Shown here piece by piece: positions 26,900 to 39,899 of a stretch of DNA of 64,000 nt (the first letter of the stretch is position 1; each line of letters begins with the position of its first letter). Made by a program: the position numbers and the translations under genes. The notes under the pieces are model-generated. The model worked only from the letters and a program-made list of their open reading frames with translations, was not told the DNA's origin and ran no database searches. Origin of the DNA: Mobula hypostoma (Eukaryota); NCBI RefSeq assembly GCF_963921235.1, contig NC_086097.1, forward strand, positions 128,280,001-128,344,000, in the 5' to 3' direction.

Positions 26900-27628
26900 T
26901 CAGACCTCATCTAGAGTGTTGCATTCAGTTCTGGTTGCCCCAGTGCTGTAAGAATGTTGAGATGCAGAAGCGGTTTACATGGATGATGCCTGGATTGCTA
27001 TAAAGAGATTAACGTGCACAGAATGCTAAAGGAACTCAGCAGGTTGGCAGCTTCTATGGAGAGGAGTAAAGACTTGACATTTTGGGCTGAGACCCATCAG
27101 ATCTCGAACTGAAACATTGGCTCTTTATGCCTCCCCATAGATGCTGCCTCACCTGCAGCGTTCATCCAGCATTTTGTGTGTGTTCTCTAAATTTCCAGCA
27201 TCTGTGTTTATGCTATAAGGAGATGCTGGACAAACTTGGGTTACCCTCTCTGAAGCAGAGATCGGATAGAAGCTTATAAGATGCAGAGAGACATTGATAG
27301 ATAGCTGGTATCTTTTTCCCAGGGTTGAAATATCTAACATGGATTTACAATAAGTTCAATAGAGATGTGCAGGGCAAGTTTTTTTTTACACAGGAAGTGG
27401 TGGGTGCCTCGAATATGCTGCCAGTGTTGGTGGTGGAGGCAAATATGTTAGAGGCCTTCCAGAGGCTTTTAGATAGGCACATGAATATGCAGGAAAGAGA
27501 AGGGCATGGACAATGTGTAGGCAGAAATGATTAGTTTACTTGGGTATTTGATTATTAATTTAATTAATTTGGCGCAACATTATGTGCCGAAGGGTCTATT
27601 CCTGTGAGGTAATGTGCTATGTTCTGTG
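26900..27628 (+). mobile_element. CR1 3' fragment interrupted by a PLE-derived fold-back insert (about 27004-27211)
   Basis: CCIQFWLPQ-like start, FFTQEVVGASNMLP...FQRLLDRHMN; GCTATAA repeated on both sides of the insert. Confidence 0.75.
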
Positions 27629-28584
27629 CGAAGCCGAGAATGGACATGAGGTGGGGTCATGAGTGGTGAGTCCAGGCAGCGGCAGACCCGCATATGGAAA
27701 ATCTGGCCTCATAACTTGCACAGATGGAATTGATCCGTATTAACTGAAAGAGGGAAAAGTGGAGATAAATTTAAACACTTGGAGGAATTCCCTCTGTTCA
27801 TAGTCCAGGACGGAATATATGAATCTGCTCAAACGAAATGAGAAGCAAGTGCCGTTTTTGAAATGGTTATGCTTGTGATGTTCTCACATCTGTGCAATTT
27901 TCTTTTACAGGTACAGCACTGTCCAGCCCAACTACACCCATGTAACCAACTAGTCTGTGTGTCTCTGTGATTTGGAAGAACCCGGAGGAAAGCTGCACGA
28001 GGAGAATGTACAAACTCCTCACAGACAGCGGCAGGATTGAACTGGGGCCATTTGCGCTGTACGAGCATTATGCTAACCGCCACATTGCCATGCAGCCCAT
28101 AACTGAGAACCTTCGCTACCTGCGCTGTGCGCTCTTCTCCTCACCACCATCGAGGAGATAGGAGCTGGAAGACCCACACTCAACAATTCTAGAACAGTTT
28201 TTTCCGCTGCACCATCAGATTTCTGAATGACCCATGAACCCCTGAAGACTACCTTGTTAATCCTTTGTTTTGCAGTATTTATTTGTGTTTGTAATTTATG
28301 ACTGTGCTCTGTAGCAGTAGTAGTGAGATCACTTGGGTTGAGTAAGATGTTCTCCTAAGGGGTTGTCTATAGGTGGCTGTAGTGGCCGTTCCAGCTTCTG
28401 CATATTCTGGTGCAGTATGGGCAAGAGTAAGTGGTGGCTGTGTTTAGTGCTTGGGTCTTTTAGTTGTTCAGTGTCCCCTTTCGCATCAGCCATTTGTTCT
28501 CTTTGATGGTATTGTCCAAGTGCTTTCACAGTACATAATCTTTCCACTGTACAGAGCCTCAAAACAGCAAATTTCACATCATAA

Positions 28585-29110
28585 GCACAAGAAAGTCTGC
28601 AGATGCTGGAAGTTCAGAGCAACATGCACAAAATGCTGGAGGAACAGCAGGTCAGACAGCATCCATGGAAATGAATAGATAGTTGACGTTTCACGCCAAG
28701 GCTGTTCTTCAGGACTGAGAAGGAAGAATAAAAAGGTGAGAGGAGTGTTAGGGAGGCTAGCTGGAAGATGATAGGTGAAGCCAGGTGGGTGGGAGAGGTC
28801 AAGGACTGAAGAAAAAGGAATCTGATAGGAAAGGAGAGTGGTCCATAGGAGAAAGGGAAGGAGGAGGGGACCCGGGGGAAGGAATAGGCAGTTGAGAAGA
28901 GGTATAAGGTCACAGTGGGGAATGGGATGGGGGGTGGGGGGGGGGAGTGAAATGTGTTTACCAGAGGGAGAAATCAATATTCATGCCATCAGGCTGGCTA
29001 CCCAGACAGAATATAAAGCATTGCTCCTCCACTCTGAGGGTGGGCTTACTTTGGCATATGAGGAGGTCATGGACCGACACTTCAGTACGAGAATGGAAAT
29101 TGGAGTTAAC
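28585..29110 (-). mobile_element. Penelope-like 3' fragment with hammerhead motif (28681-28717)
   Basis: Minus-strand LRVEEQCFIFCLGSQPDGMNIDFS; reverse complement cagtc-CTGAAGA-acagcc tt ggcgt-GAAAC-GTC-aact. Confidence 0.85.
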
Positions 29111-30599
29111 TCATCTTGGCACATGAGGATGCAATGTAAATTTCACATCGTACAAGTTAGTGATAATAAATCAGAGCCTGATTCTGGGCAAAGTAACTGC
29201 CATTGTACATAGAATACCCTCCATTTTCCCTTCACTTTGAGGGAGTGTTTGATGCTTTGGGAGCAACTTCACTGCATGATTTGTAAATAGAGACGGAATT
29301 TCAAATAATGAACTTCACAATTTGTACCAGAAGCTGCCATTTTGCTTGTGTTACTATAACGTTCTTATTGGGGTTTGTTTAGCGTTATGATTTAGTGCAA
29401 CTGAATAAGTCAGATTTCTTTTTAATTACTTAGAAAACTGGGTTGAATTCGCAAGTTGCACTATTTTACAGAAAAGCTCTTTATTTTGTTTTTCCAGTTG
29501 TTGAAGGATGGCATAAGAATCCTTGTGCTCTAAGAACCTACCATCACTTATTTTCAAACCCTAATCCATTGGCATGATTTAGATTCTGTGCAATGTTTCA
29601 TAATGTTTAATCACATAGGAAAATGTACACATTCGAGGGGATTTATTTGTTTCAGTAAGAGTAATGATCCCATTGAACCTGAAGGAGCAACAGCCAATCT
29701 GCACGATTATGCTGCAGTGAAATTTTAAATCATTGTCTGCTGTAAATAATTCAATTTCAACGAATACTTTGATCTAATAGAGTTGAATAATGTGCTTTAT
29801 TACGTTTTACCCAGAGTTTCGCTGAAATAAGCTATGCTACAAAGACAACTCATCGCTGCTGTCAAGATGGGCTGATTATAATGAAACAGTGTCAATATAA
29901 TACAAACAAACCCTACAAGAGAGAAATAAATTGTGGTGAATGGATAGAAGGTCCCAGGGAGTCTGACAATGGGTTCACAGTGTACCTTATCAGCAAAAGT
30001 TGTTTGACTGAAATGTGTATTTGCAAAAACAAACTTTGAAGCCACTAAAATCGGTCTGCTTAGGGCTTTTCTTCACCATTGTGAGTAATCATACATGAAA
30101 CAATTTAACACTGGTTACAAGAGACTGCCAACTACTGAAACTGGAGATAAATGTGTCAGTTGGCACTCTCCTCTTTACAAAGGAGGCAGCTCAAGCAAGA
30201 GCTATGTCTGAACTTCTGAGGCTGGCAAGTGATCTGTTATTTGATTTATTTGGTGTGAAGCAACACAATTCTTATTTTCTGCATCTCTGCCGACAGAAGC
30301 ATGTTTTAAAAGCGTTCTTCCTCCAAGGTGAATGCAGCCATTTGATGAGAGTGGATTTGTTAATTACATTAAAGAATCCCTCAGGCATTTTAGCTCCCTC
30401 TTTGCCGTTAAGATTGTAAGGTACACAGCAGTGATAAAATGCTAAACAGTGGTAGTAATAGTATTGTGTATTCTGTTCATCAAGGTCTATTCCAGAGCAT
30501 TGTATTTTGGATAGTGCATGCTGCTCCCATTAAGCACATGTAGCACTACAAAAGAGAAACAGAATTTTAATTTCAAGAAAACTGCACCCCTTCTATCCC

Positions 30600-31100
30600 T
30601 TTTCTCTTTTTATCTCCCTCTCCTTCATCTACACTCCTATACACACCCAAACTGCGATCAATCTGCTACTTTCCCCTCCTCCATCTATTGCATGCATCTA
30701 CACATTCCTTCTACTGGCTCCTCTTCCCTCACTGTTCCTATCTACCCAGTACACCTCCCTTATTTGATTGCATGCTCCACCTTCCTTCGCCATCAGACTC
30801 TGTCCTCTTCAGCCCTTTGTTGCCTTCACCTATCACCTTTCAGTCCCATCACTGTCTCCACCCTTCCCTTCCCTTCCCCACTTGCCAATCATCCCTCCTC
30901 ACCTTGATCCACCTATCAACTGCTAGCTCTTGCTCCACCGCTCCCCATCACTTCTTTATATTGACAATGTCCCATCTCCTCCTTCAGTCCAGGTGAAGCC
31001 TTTTGACTTCAAACATTTCCCTCCATTGAGCCCACTACCTGATTCCTTCTGCAGTACTTTCTTCCCTCCAGATTCCAACATCTGCAGTCTCTTGTGTCTC
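30600..31100 (+). mobile_element. Degenerate PLE terminal-repeat fragment
   Basis: Pyrimidine-rich tract ending in cagtccaggtgaag...agattccaacatctgcagtctcttgtgtct, like the other PLE ends. Confidence 0.6.
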
Positions 31101-31127
31101 AGTTGATTTTTAAGGTGGTCAATATAT

Positions 31128-31130
<3 letters not shown>

Positions 31131-31168
<38 letters not shown>
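31131..31168. repeat. (TA)19 microsatellite
   Basis: Direct read. Confidence 0.95.
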
Positions 31169-31169
<1 letters not shown>

Positions 31170-31963
31170 CTTTATGGTTGTTCATTCACCTTAAAGGTGG
31201 TTTAATGGCATGATAAAACCTCATTGTCACTTATCAGGCATTTGAAGATGTGCATATGGACAGGGAGACATGAGAGAGTGCCAGTGCTGGAATCGGGACC
31301 AAAAACAAATCTGCTGAAGAAACTCAGTTGATAAAGACACTGGACTACGAGCAGGAAAAGGCCAGCTGATCCATCAAGTACTCCCTCAACTATCATGGTG
31401 CTAGAGCATCATGAAAGACAGTATTCTCTTTCTGTGTTGTAAATGTTCTTGATTCTCCAGGACTATACCTTAACCATACATCTCCACCATGGCATAGTCG
31501 TGGAACCTTGCCTTCTGAGTGAAAGCACTTCTGATTTACTTCACACCATAGCATCCTGAGAAACCAATATCTCGACTAATACACCAGTAGAGAACTGAAT
31601 GAGTTCAGTACTGTCTGTGGTGTCACCTTCCTGCAGAGATTTCAAACTGGGGTCAAATCTGCCACCTCAGACAGTCTCTACAGCAGACTAAACGGCCGGT
31701 CAAGTGATTCAGCTAGTGCCTCACTGTTCCAGCACTCCTGGTCCAACCCTGCCCTCTGACGCTATCTGGGTGGGGCTTGTACATTTTCCTTGTGACTCCA
31801 TGGGTTTGTTATCAGTTCTCTGGTTGGTATGTCTGTGAGTGTAGAATCTGGGAGTAATTAATAGGAATGCGCATCTTGAGTATCTGAGTTTCAGTTATCT
31901 GTTCTCAAATGATTGGGTCTCACAGAATACTAAGGAGGATTTAGCAAACTGATTAAATCTACT

Positions 31964-32124
31964 CAAGCAACACACATCAAAGTTGCTGGTGAACGCAGCA
32001 GGCCAGGCAGCATCTCTAGGAAGATATCTCTTCCTGGAGATGCTGCCTGGCCTGCTGCGTTCACCAGTAACTTTGATGTGTGTTGCTTGAATTTCCAGCA
32101 TCTGCAGAATTCCTCGTGTTTACG
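31964..32124. mobile_element. PLE-terminus-derived fold-back mini-element with 14-bp TSD
   Basis: Inverted arms 31964-32024 and 32029-32089; TSD TGATTAAATCTACT at 31950-31963 and 32125-32138. Confidence 0.9.
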
Positions 32125-32434
32125 TGATTAAATCTACTGTTTGAATCCAATTAATTATTGGCCTTTAACTTGGATTATTATCTCATTAAGGCCCAGGTAG
32201 TTCAGAGTTCCATTGAAGATCCATTCACTAACGACAGTGGAAGCTGGGAGTAAATGTTCCCCTTGTGACCATTGGAAGGACAGCTGGTAATGAGAATACA
32301 AATCCCACCCATTGGTTTTGAGATTTCAAGGTTTTCCATTAATGTACTGTTATGGATATCACCAGAAAGCTAAGCAATGTGATGAAATAACCACTTTGAG
32401 CTACTTTTGCCTTCTCTCTGAGGAAATTTTAAGC

Positions 32435-32840
32435 ACATAGAACATGGAGTGTTGAATAATTACAGCACAGAAGCTGGCCCTTCAGTCCTCAATGTCTGCA
32501 CCATGCAAGGTGCAGAATTAAACTAAATCTCTTCTGCCTGTACATGATCCATATCCCTCTGGTCCCTGCTTGGTCAACAGAATCTTAAGAGCCTCTTGTT
32601 GTTCTGCTTCCTCCACTCACCTGAAAGCTCATTCTAGACACCTACCGCGCATCGTAAAAAGACAAATTACCCTGCACACCTTCTTTAAACATCTTCCCCT
32701 ATCTCATTAAATGCATGTCATCTAGTATTTGAAAAAAGATTCTGACTTTCTACACTATCTATGTATCTCATAATTTTAGGGACTTCCGATAGGTCTTTCC
32801 CCACCCTCCAACACACCAGAGCGAACAACCCTAGCCTGTC
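32435..32840 (-). mobile_element. CR1 3' fragment
   Basis: catagaacatggag...tacagcacagaagctggcccttc tail and decayed RT C-terminus. Confidence 0.65.
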
Positions 32841-34749
32841 TATATAACCCAAATATTAGTATCAATTTCCCAACACATCATCTTTTGTGGTAGGTTAATA
32901 TGTCAGTAACAAGAAACTAAGTACATCCGTAATGGGATGTTGCCGATTTTGCAGATATTTAGCCACTGGAAAATAAGCTGTACCCGATTCATTGCTCTGA
33001 TTGGTTATCTTATGTGAAATTCTACTTAGCAAAAGCATTAGGGAGAGTGCACTCCATTATATTTAACTTATTTAAACCAAGCAATGGTATACCTTTATTT
33101 ATTTCATTTATCAGAAAACATGACGGTGATATCTTGCTTGTGCTTTGGGATTCGCATGTGATATTGAAACAAGGATACATGACCACACTGTAAGTAACCC
33201 AATCTGAGAGATATTTCTCAATAATCAAGCCAAGTCCATCAACAGTAGGACCAAGGCACACAGCACAAAAGGGAAAAGAACATTGTTCTTATTTGCCAGA
33301 GGCATTAGTGACTGAGTTGAGATATACATTACCAGCATTAATTTTAACAACATCGATCAAACTTTCAAGTGTTGGGATAGGTGATCCCAGTCGGACTAAA
33401 GGAAAGTTCATCATCAGTCAGCAGAATCTGACTCACTGCGTGGATAACTAATAAACTTAGCTGTAATGCTTCAGTGCTAATGGAGACTTGATGGAAATTC
33501 GTAAAATTACAAGAGACATAGATAGCTTAGACAGTCAGAATCTTTTCCCGAGGTCAGAAATTCCTAGTAATAGAGGATGTGAGTTAAAGGGGAAAGGGGG
33601 AAGTTTTAAACTGAGTTATAATGCAAAAACAATAGGCACTTGAACAATGTTTTATTTGTACAGTAACTAAACATCCTCAAGCCAGTTTAGAGGAGGATTT
33701 ATCAAGCAGACTTTGCAATATTAAGACAGGTGACCAAAGGAAGCTTTTAACACTATTTCTTAAGTTTTCATGTGAGCTTAGGAGATGGTATAGCAAATTT
33801 TAAGTCTTAGAGGTAGCCAGCAACAGCTAATTGAAGAATATCAGTGAAGAATTGGAAGGCAGGCATAGGAAGATATTGAGTTTAGAGGCATATCAAATAA
33901 AGGAAATGGGAACAAAGAGACAAGAGACTGTGAATGTTAGAATCTGAAACGGGAAACAAACTGCTGAGAGAATTCTGGGTCAGGCAACATCCGTGGAAGG
34001 AAATGGACAATCAACAGTTTGAGTCAAGACCTGTCATTTGGATTCTGGATTGGAAATGGGAAGATGTAAACCATAACGTCAAACACAGACACTTTAGGAA
34101 ATGTATGAAAAGGCGATCAGCATCAAAGAAGGCACCGGGTGAGAGGTAGATGAAAAATACCATTGCAGATTCAACAGTATTTATGTCTAAAAAGAGTCCT
34201 GCACCCTCAGACTGATATGGAAGCTGTTTTCTTTCCTCTTTGAGCAAGAACTGAGTAGCTGAAGAGAAGTAGCCATTCTCCAAACTGGTGGTGTGGGACT
34301 TCAGGCTTCATTTTCCTGCTTGGTGGTAGCTGTGAGAAGATGGCATGGCCCAGTTGGTGGGGATCTGAGACTGACGTTGCCTTTCTTAATACTATCTGTA
34401 ATGGGGAGAGTTCTGCTCATGACGTACTGGGGTGAGTCCGCTACTCTCTGCAGCTTCTTATGTCCCTCCACATTTGATTTGCCGTACCAGAACATGAATT
34501 GACAACTAACTGTATGATAAAATAACAAGGAAGATAAGAGTCATTCATTGGGAGCAGCTGTTGTCAGACAAGTCTAAGTCTGATATGTGAGAGATGTTTA
34601 AAGACCAGATGATTGGAGTTCAGGATCAGTGTGTTGCAATAAGGAGTAAGGGCAAGGATGGTAAGGGAACCATTGATGATGCATCAAGAGGTCCTAAATT
34701 AAATTAGGAAGAAAAGGGAAGCAGACATAAGGTTTAGGAAATTGGCATC

Positions 34750-37700
34750 AGCCTGGGCTCCTGTAGAATATAAGGATAGCTGACTCCTCAAGAATAACCT
34801 TTTTTACCAAGCCAGGAAAGTGTGGGTTCCATAATGAGCAGGTGTCTTTTTGGGGATATACTCTCAGCCCTTCCAGGGTTTGAATGGGCCCGTGCAAAGA
34901 TCGGGCAGTCACAGACTGCCCCAAACCACCTACAATCAGACAGGTGAGGCGCTTCATGGGATTCACAAACTTTTATCGCCACTTCATCAGTAACCTCTGT
35001 TCCATCCCAGCCCAAATAAATGCACTCACCAAGAAGACTTCTGTCAGATTCCTTTCAACAAGTGGAGAAAACCAACCATTCTTGGAACTAAAGTGCTGTT
35101 TCACCACTGCACCAATGCTGCAAAACTGAGACCCATTTCCCATCGAAGTGGATGCATCAGAGTCAGCATTGGAGCTGCACTGTCCCAGCACTCTTCTGTG
35201 GAAAACTGGTTGCACCTTTGTGCCCTTATTTCATGTCGCATGAATCCTACTGAACGATCAGAATCAGAATAGAACAGAATCAGGTTTATTATCACCGGCA
35301 TGTGACGTGAAATTTGTTAACTTAGCAGCAGCAGTTCAATGCAATACATAATCTAACAGAGAGAAACAGATAAATAAAATAAAATAGTAATAATAAATAA
35401 ACAAGTAAATCAATGATGTATATTGAAAAGCATGCAAAAACAGAAATACTGTATATTAAAAAAAAGTGACGTTTGTGTCAAAAGGTTAAATGTCCATTTA
35501 GGAATTGGATGGCAGAGGGAAAGAAGCTGTTCCTGAATCGCTGAGTGTGTGCCTTCAGGCTTTGGTACCTCCTACCTGATGGTAACAGTGAGAAAAGGGC
35601 ATGCCCTGGGTGCTGGAGGTCCTTAATAATGGACGCTGCCTTTCTGAGACACCACTCCCTTAAGATGTCCTGGATACTTTGTAGGCTAGTACCCAAGATG
35701 GAGATGACTAGATTTACAACCTTCTGCAGCTTCTTTCGGTCCTGTGCAGCAGCCTCTCCATACCAGAGAGTAATGCAGCCTGTCAGAATGCTCTCCACAG
35801 TACAACTATAGAAGTTTTTGAGTGTATTTGTTGACATGCCAAATGAAATATAGCCACTGTCTTGCCTTTTTTATAACTACATCGAAATGCTGGTCCTCAG
35901 AGATCTTGACACTCAGGAACTTGAAACTGCTCATGTCTCCACTTCTGATTCCTCTATGAGGATTGGTATGTGTTCCTTTGTCTTACCCTTTCTGAAGTCC
36001 ACAATCAGTTCTTTTGCCTTACTGACATTGAGTGCCAGGTTGTTGCTGCGGCACCACTCCACCCGTTGGCATATCTCACTCCTGTACGCTCTCTCGTCAC
36101 CACCTGAGACTCTACCAACAATGGTTGTATCATCACCAAATTTATAGATGACATTTGAGCTATGCTTAGCCACACAGTCATATGTATATAGAGAGTAGAG
36201 CAGTGGGCTAAGCACACATCCCTGAGGTGCGCCAGTGTTGATCAGTATAATTGTGATGTCAGGAAACAAGAACTTCTGGTTGTCAGGGAGGCTCAGGAAG
36301 CACGGTGACATGGCTGGAGGGGTCAGAGCACCCCTTTTTGGTATGAACAGAACACAAGAATGTCTCGTATATTTGGGATGCCAAGAGACTCAACGTCCTA
36401 TCAAACCCATTGGGCTCTCTTCTTCAGCTGGTTTAACTTCACCCTCAACTGCTGGCAACAAGAATACCAAGGCTGATGCTTCTCCCGATAGTTCAAAGTC
36501 TAAAGTTGTGCATTGCTGCTCTGGTGATTTGGGGAATAGTGGAGGTGAGGGCAGCCCAACAGTTGGATCCAGGTCCAGGTGGGGCACCACTCAAACCATC
36601 ATTTGTCCCTGTCACAGTTCATTCCAGTGTGTCGGAATAGGATAATTCCTTCCATCTAGCTGGACATTCAGAAATTCAATGGACCTTGTAATTTATCAAT
36701 AGATGATTTTGATGGCCATCTATATCCCAGGATATTCATGACTATATCTCTGTCTGTTCCACTTGTGCCCAGAACAAGATGTCACACCAATTCCCTGTGG
36801 GTCTGCTATGTTCTCTACCTGTGTCTCACTGACCCTGGTCCCACCTCACAGTGGATTTCTTCACTGTTCTGCCACCACCTGATGGAAACACTTCCACTCT
36901 GGTGGTTGTGGATCGATTCTCCAAGGCTGCCTATTTCATTGCTCTCCCTAAGCTCCCATCAGCTCGTGAGACTGCCTCACTCATGGTTCAGGCTGCATAG
37001 CTTCCCTCAGGATAAAGCGTCTGATTGAAGACCACAGTTCTCACCTTGCTTTTCAGAGGCCTTCCGTTCTCTTGTGGAAGCCACAGCCACCTTCCTATCT
37101 GATTTCCACCCCCAATCTTATGGCAAGACTGAGAGAATGAGTTACGAACTGGAGACAACCCTGCATCCTAGTCCTCTCAACTGGTTTGGGCAGAGATTGC
37201 CCACAATAATCTCCAGTCATCCTCCACTTGCATGTCCCCCTTTGAATGCCAGGATGGATTCCAGCCACCACTCTTCCCTGACCAAAGGTTTGACATGGGA
37301 GCTCCTGCTGCTGAACAGTTGGTCAACACTACAAGTGCATGTGGAGACGGGCCAGGGCTTCCACTCTGAGCACTCAGAACATGCCCAGTAGGCTGATTGG
37401 CTCTGTTGGCAGGTGATGCCTCTCAAGTCATGGATCTAAGGATCTTCCCTTAAAAGTTGAGAGCCACATGTTGGACCCGTGCTCTGTGGGACCATTTGTA
37501 GTGGAAAAGGCTATCGACAAGGTCTCATTGGATTGTGCCTACCATCATCAATGAAGATTCAGCCAGTGTTACTTGCTTCCCAGCTCAAGCCAGGGACTAC
37601 CTCACCACTTGCTCCAGTCATTTCTCCCTCCCCCTCCCCCCACCCCTTGGTGCATGAGTCCCTGTCTATTCTGTGCGGCACCTGCTGGCATTTCACCAGG

Positions 37701-38324
37701 GTCGGGGGCAGGGTCCAGTAATCTCATGGAATGGGAGGGCTTTGACCCTGAGGTACGTTCTTGAGCGCTGGCCCATGACATCCTGGACAAGTATCTCATC
37801 TGGGACTTCCAGCAGGGATGAGTCTCTGGTTCCTTGGGAACTGTGCCTGGGAAGTGGTACCCTGTCACAACCATGGACTCTGCCATAGGGTCTGCATGCA
37901 CTTGCAGGCAGGCTGTGGAATGGGTTCAGCAATCACGCTCGTAAGTATGTGTGTTCCAGCCAATTAGTGTTTCATTGTGATGGGATTTAACTCCGTTCCT
38001 CTCAGTTCAGTCTTGTTGAGACTTGGCCAAAAGTACAGCGACGTCAATGCTCCCTACTTACCCTTGTCCTTTTTCCGAGAAAGAAGGCTACTATGTACTA
38101 TGACTCTGTTAAGGAATGGTATTTATTTAGTATTAAGCTACTAATGCCAAGCCACGTATCGGTGTTAGGTTTAGTCTGAAAGTTCTAGCTAATGGCCCTG
38201 TTGGCCAAGCATTTGTTTTTTTTTTCCTTTATTTCTGCACAGTTCCTATTAAAAGCCTGTGAACAGTTAATCCACTTCAGTGTCTCTCTCTCGGCACTCG
38301 AGTCATAACCACACATCCTTGTCA
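34750..38324 (+). mobile_element. Old, 5'-truncated sushi-like Gypsy element (RT end, RNase H, integrase, chromodomain-like remnant, putative 3' LTR 37863-38324)
   Basis: [85 protein letters not shown]. The LTR candidate begins TGTCACAA, ends TGTCA and contains ATTAAA. Confidence 0.8.
35260..36240 (-). mobile_element. Rex1/Babar-type LINE inserted in the Gypsy RNase H region
   Basis: NTGAPQGCVLSPLLYSLYTYDC...KFGDDTTIVG (35931-36311); FYSCTVESILTGCITLWYG...RFRNSFFPSAI (35478-35837); (AGAATC)n tail; GATCAG on both flanks. Confidence 0.92.
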
Positions 38325-39377
38325 ATCAGTGTATGTGAATGTGCTTGATTCTTAATTTTCTAAAAAGCCAGTTGGAGAAATGGACAATATATACTGCCAA
38401 GCAAATGTTCCTCAAATCCGATAAACTTATCAAACGTTTGACAATGCACATACTCCCCGAGGGAACTTTCTGGTGTTCCACTGGTAACTGGTAAACAGAA
38501 GAGTGCCTACAGAAATCCAAGGGTGATAACAGTATGGACAGGTATATATATCGTGCCAGAGCTCTACCATTAGTAGCCATGTAACAAATCGGCTTGGGAT
38601 TTAAAGAGTAATTGCAGTGGGAAGCAGTGGTTGGAGCTAACAAAACCATTCCCTTGGAGATAGGATATTTCTTGTAGATGTTATTTCTTCTACATAGTCT
38701 CCCAGAAGCGTTTCTTCCCACTGGGGGTGTCAAAAAATGAAACAATTGGAGAATTTTTAACAAATGGAGCAATGACCATTTTGAATTAAACTGCAGTACA
38801 AATGTCTGTCACCTGAACCTCTCTACCTTGTTATAAAGTATCCTGACAAATATGGAATACTCTGTGTTGCTTCAGACCTGGAAATATCCTTTAACTCTTA
38901 TCCTGCTGGAAAAAAAATATTCAATTCAATGCAGAAGGGTTAATTTAAACATGAATTTTTGACGATTCTATCTTCTGTTTTTCAATATTTAACAATGAAT
39001 GTTAGCTTTTATTATCACCACTCAGTGAAACCAAAAAATAATCAGAGTTAAAGGCTTTGTTTTCACTGTCAAGAATAATGAATAATACAATTATTCACCA
39101 CAACCATTATCTTCTGTCATAAAGTCATTCATTTCTCCAATTCTATAATTCCTTATTCTTATAATTGTTGAACGTTGTTTTTTTATTGAATGTTGCACCA
39201 ACACACCACAGCAAATTCCTAATATATGCAAGTGTATATGATGAACAAAACTGATCCTTGGTCCTTTTGTATGCACGATTACGCTAAATCCTCTCAAAAA
39301 TATATAACGCTGGAAATAAAACTGTGAAAATACTATTAAATGCCTTTCTAGGGCCCTGAGGTGACTGACATCCAAAC

Positions 39378-39555
39378 TAACACACACAGAAAGCTGGAGG
39401 AACTCAGCAGGTCAGGCAACATCTGAAGGAGGGTCTCAACTCGAAACGTCAAATGTTTGTTCATTTCCATAGGTGCTGCCTGACCTGCTGAGTTCCTCCA
39501 GCATTCTGTGTGTGTTGCTTTGGATTTCCAGCATCTGCAGACTTAATCCTGTTTA
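39378..39555. mobile_element. PLE-derived fold-back fragment with degenerate hammerhead (39423-39452)
   Basis: acacacagaaagctggaggaactcagcaggtcaggca pairs with tgcctgacctgctgagttcctccagcattctgtgtgt; CTGAAGG...GAAACGTC between the arms. Confidence 0.75.
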
Positions 39556-39899
39556 TGACATCCAACCTGTTAGGTTAGGTTGTGTGCTTACTGTTCAATG
39601 TTCTAACAGGAAAGAAACAGTTCTTTCAAAAGAGTTGACTCAGCAAAGAAGTGCTGAATGGCTCATTTTAATGGCTTTAGTGTACAAAGTAGGGAATCTA
39701 ATGAAAACGTAACTCTGTGCCCAAAGACAACATTGGGACTAAGTTTATCAGTTTCCAATCATTCGTAAAACAGACTATGAAATTACAAGGGTGAATAGAC
39801 TAATGTTGGTTTCTTCATATCGTAGACAGCAACCAATAACTTTTGACCTCTATCTACAGAAGCATGGACTTATTGATTGGTGAAGTGAACTTTATCGGT

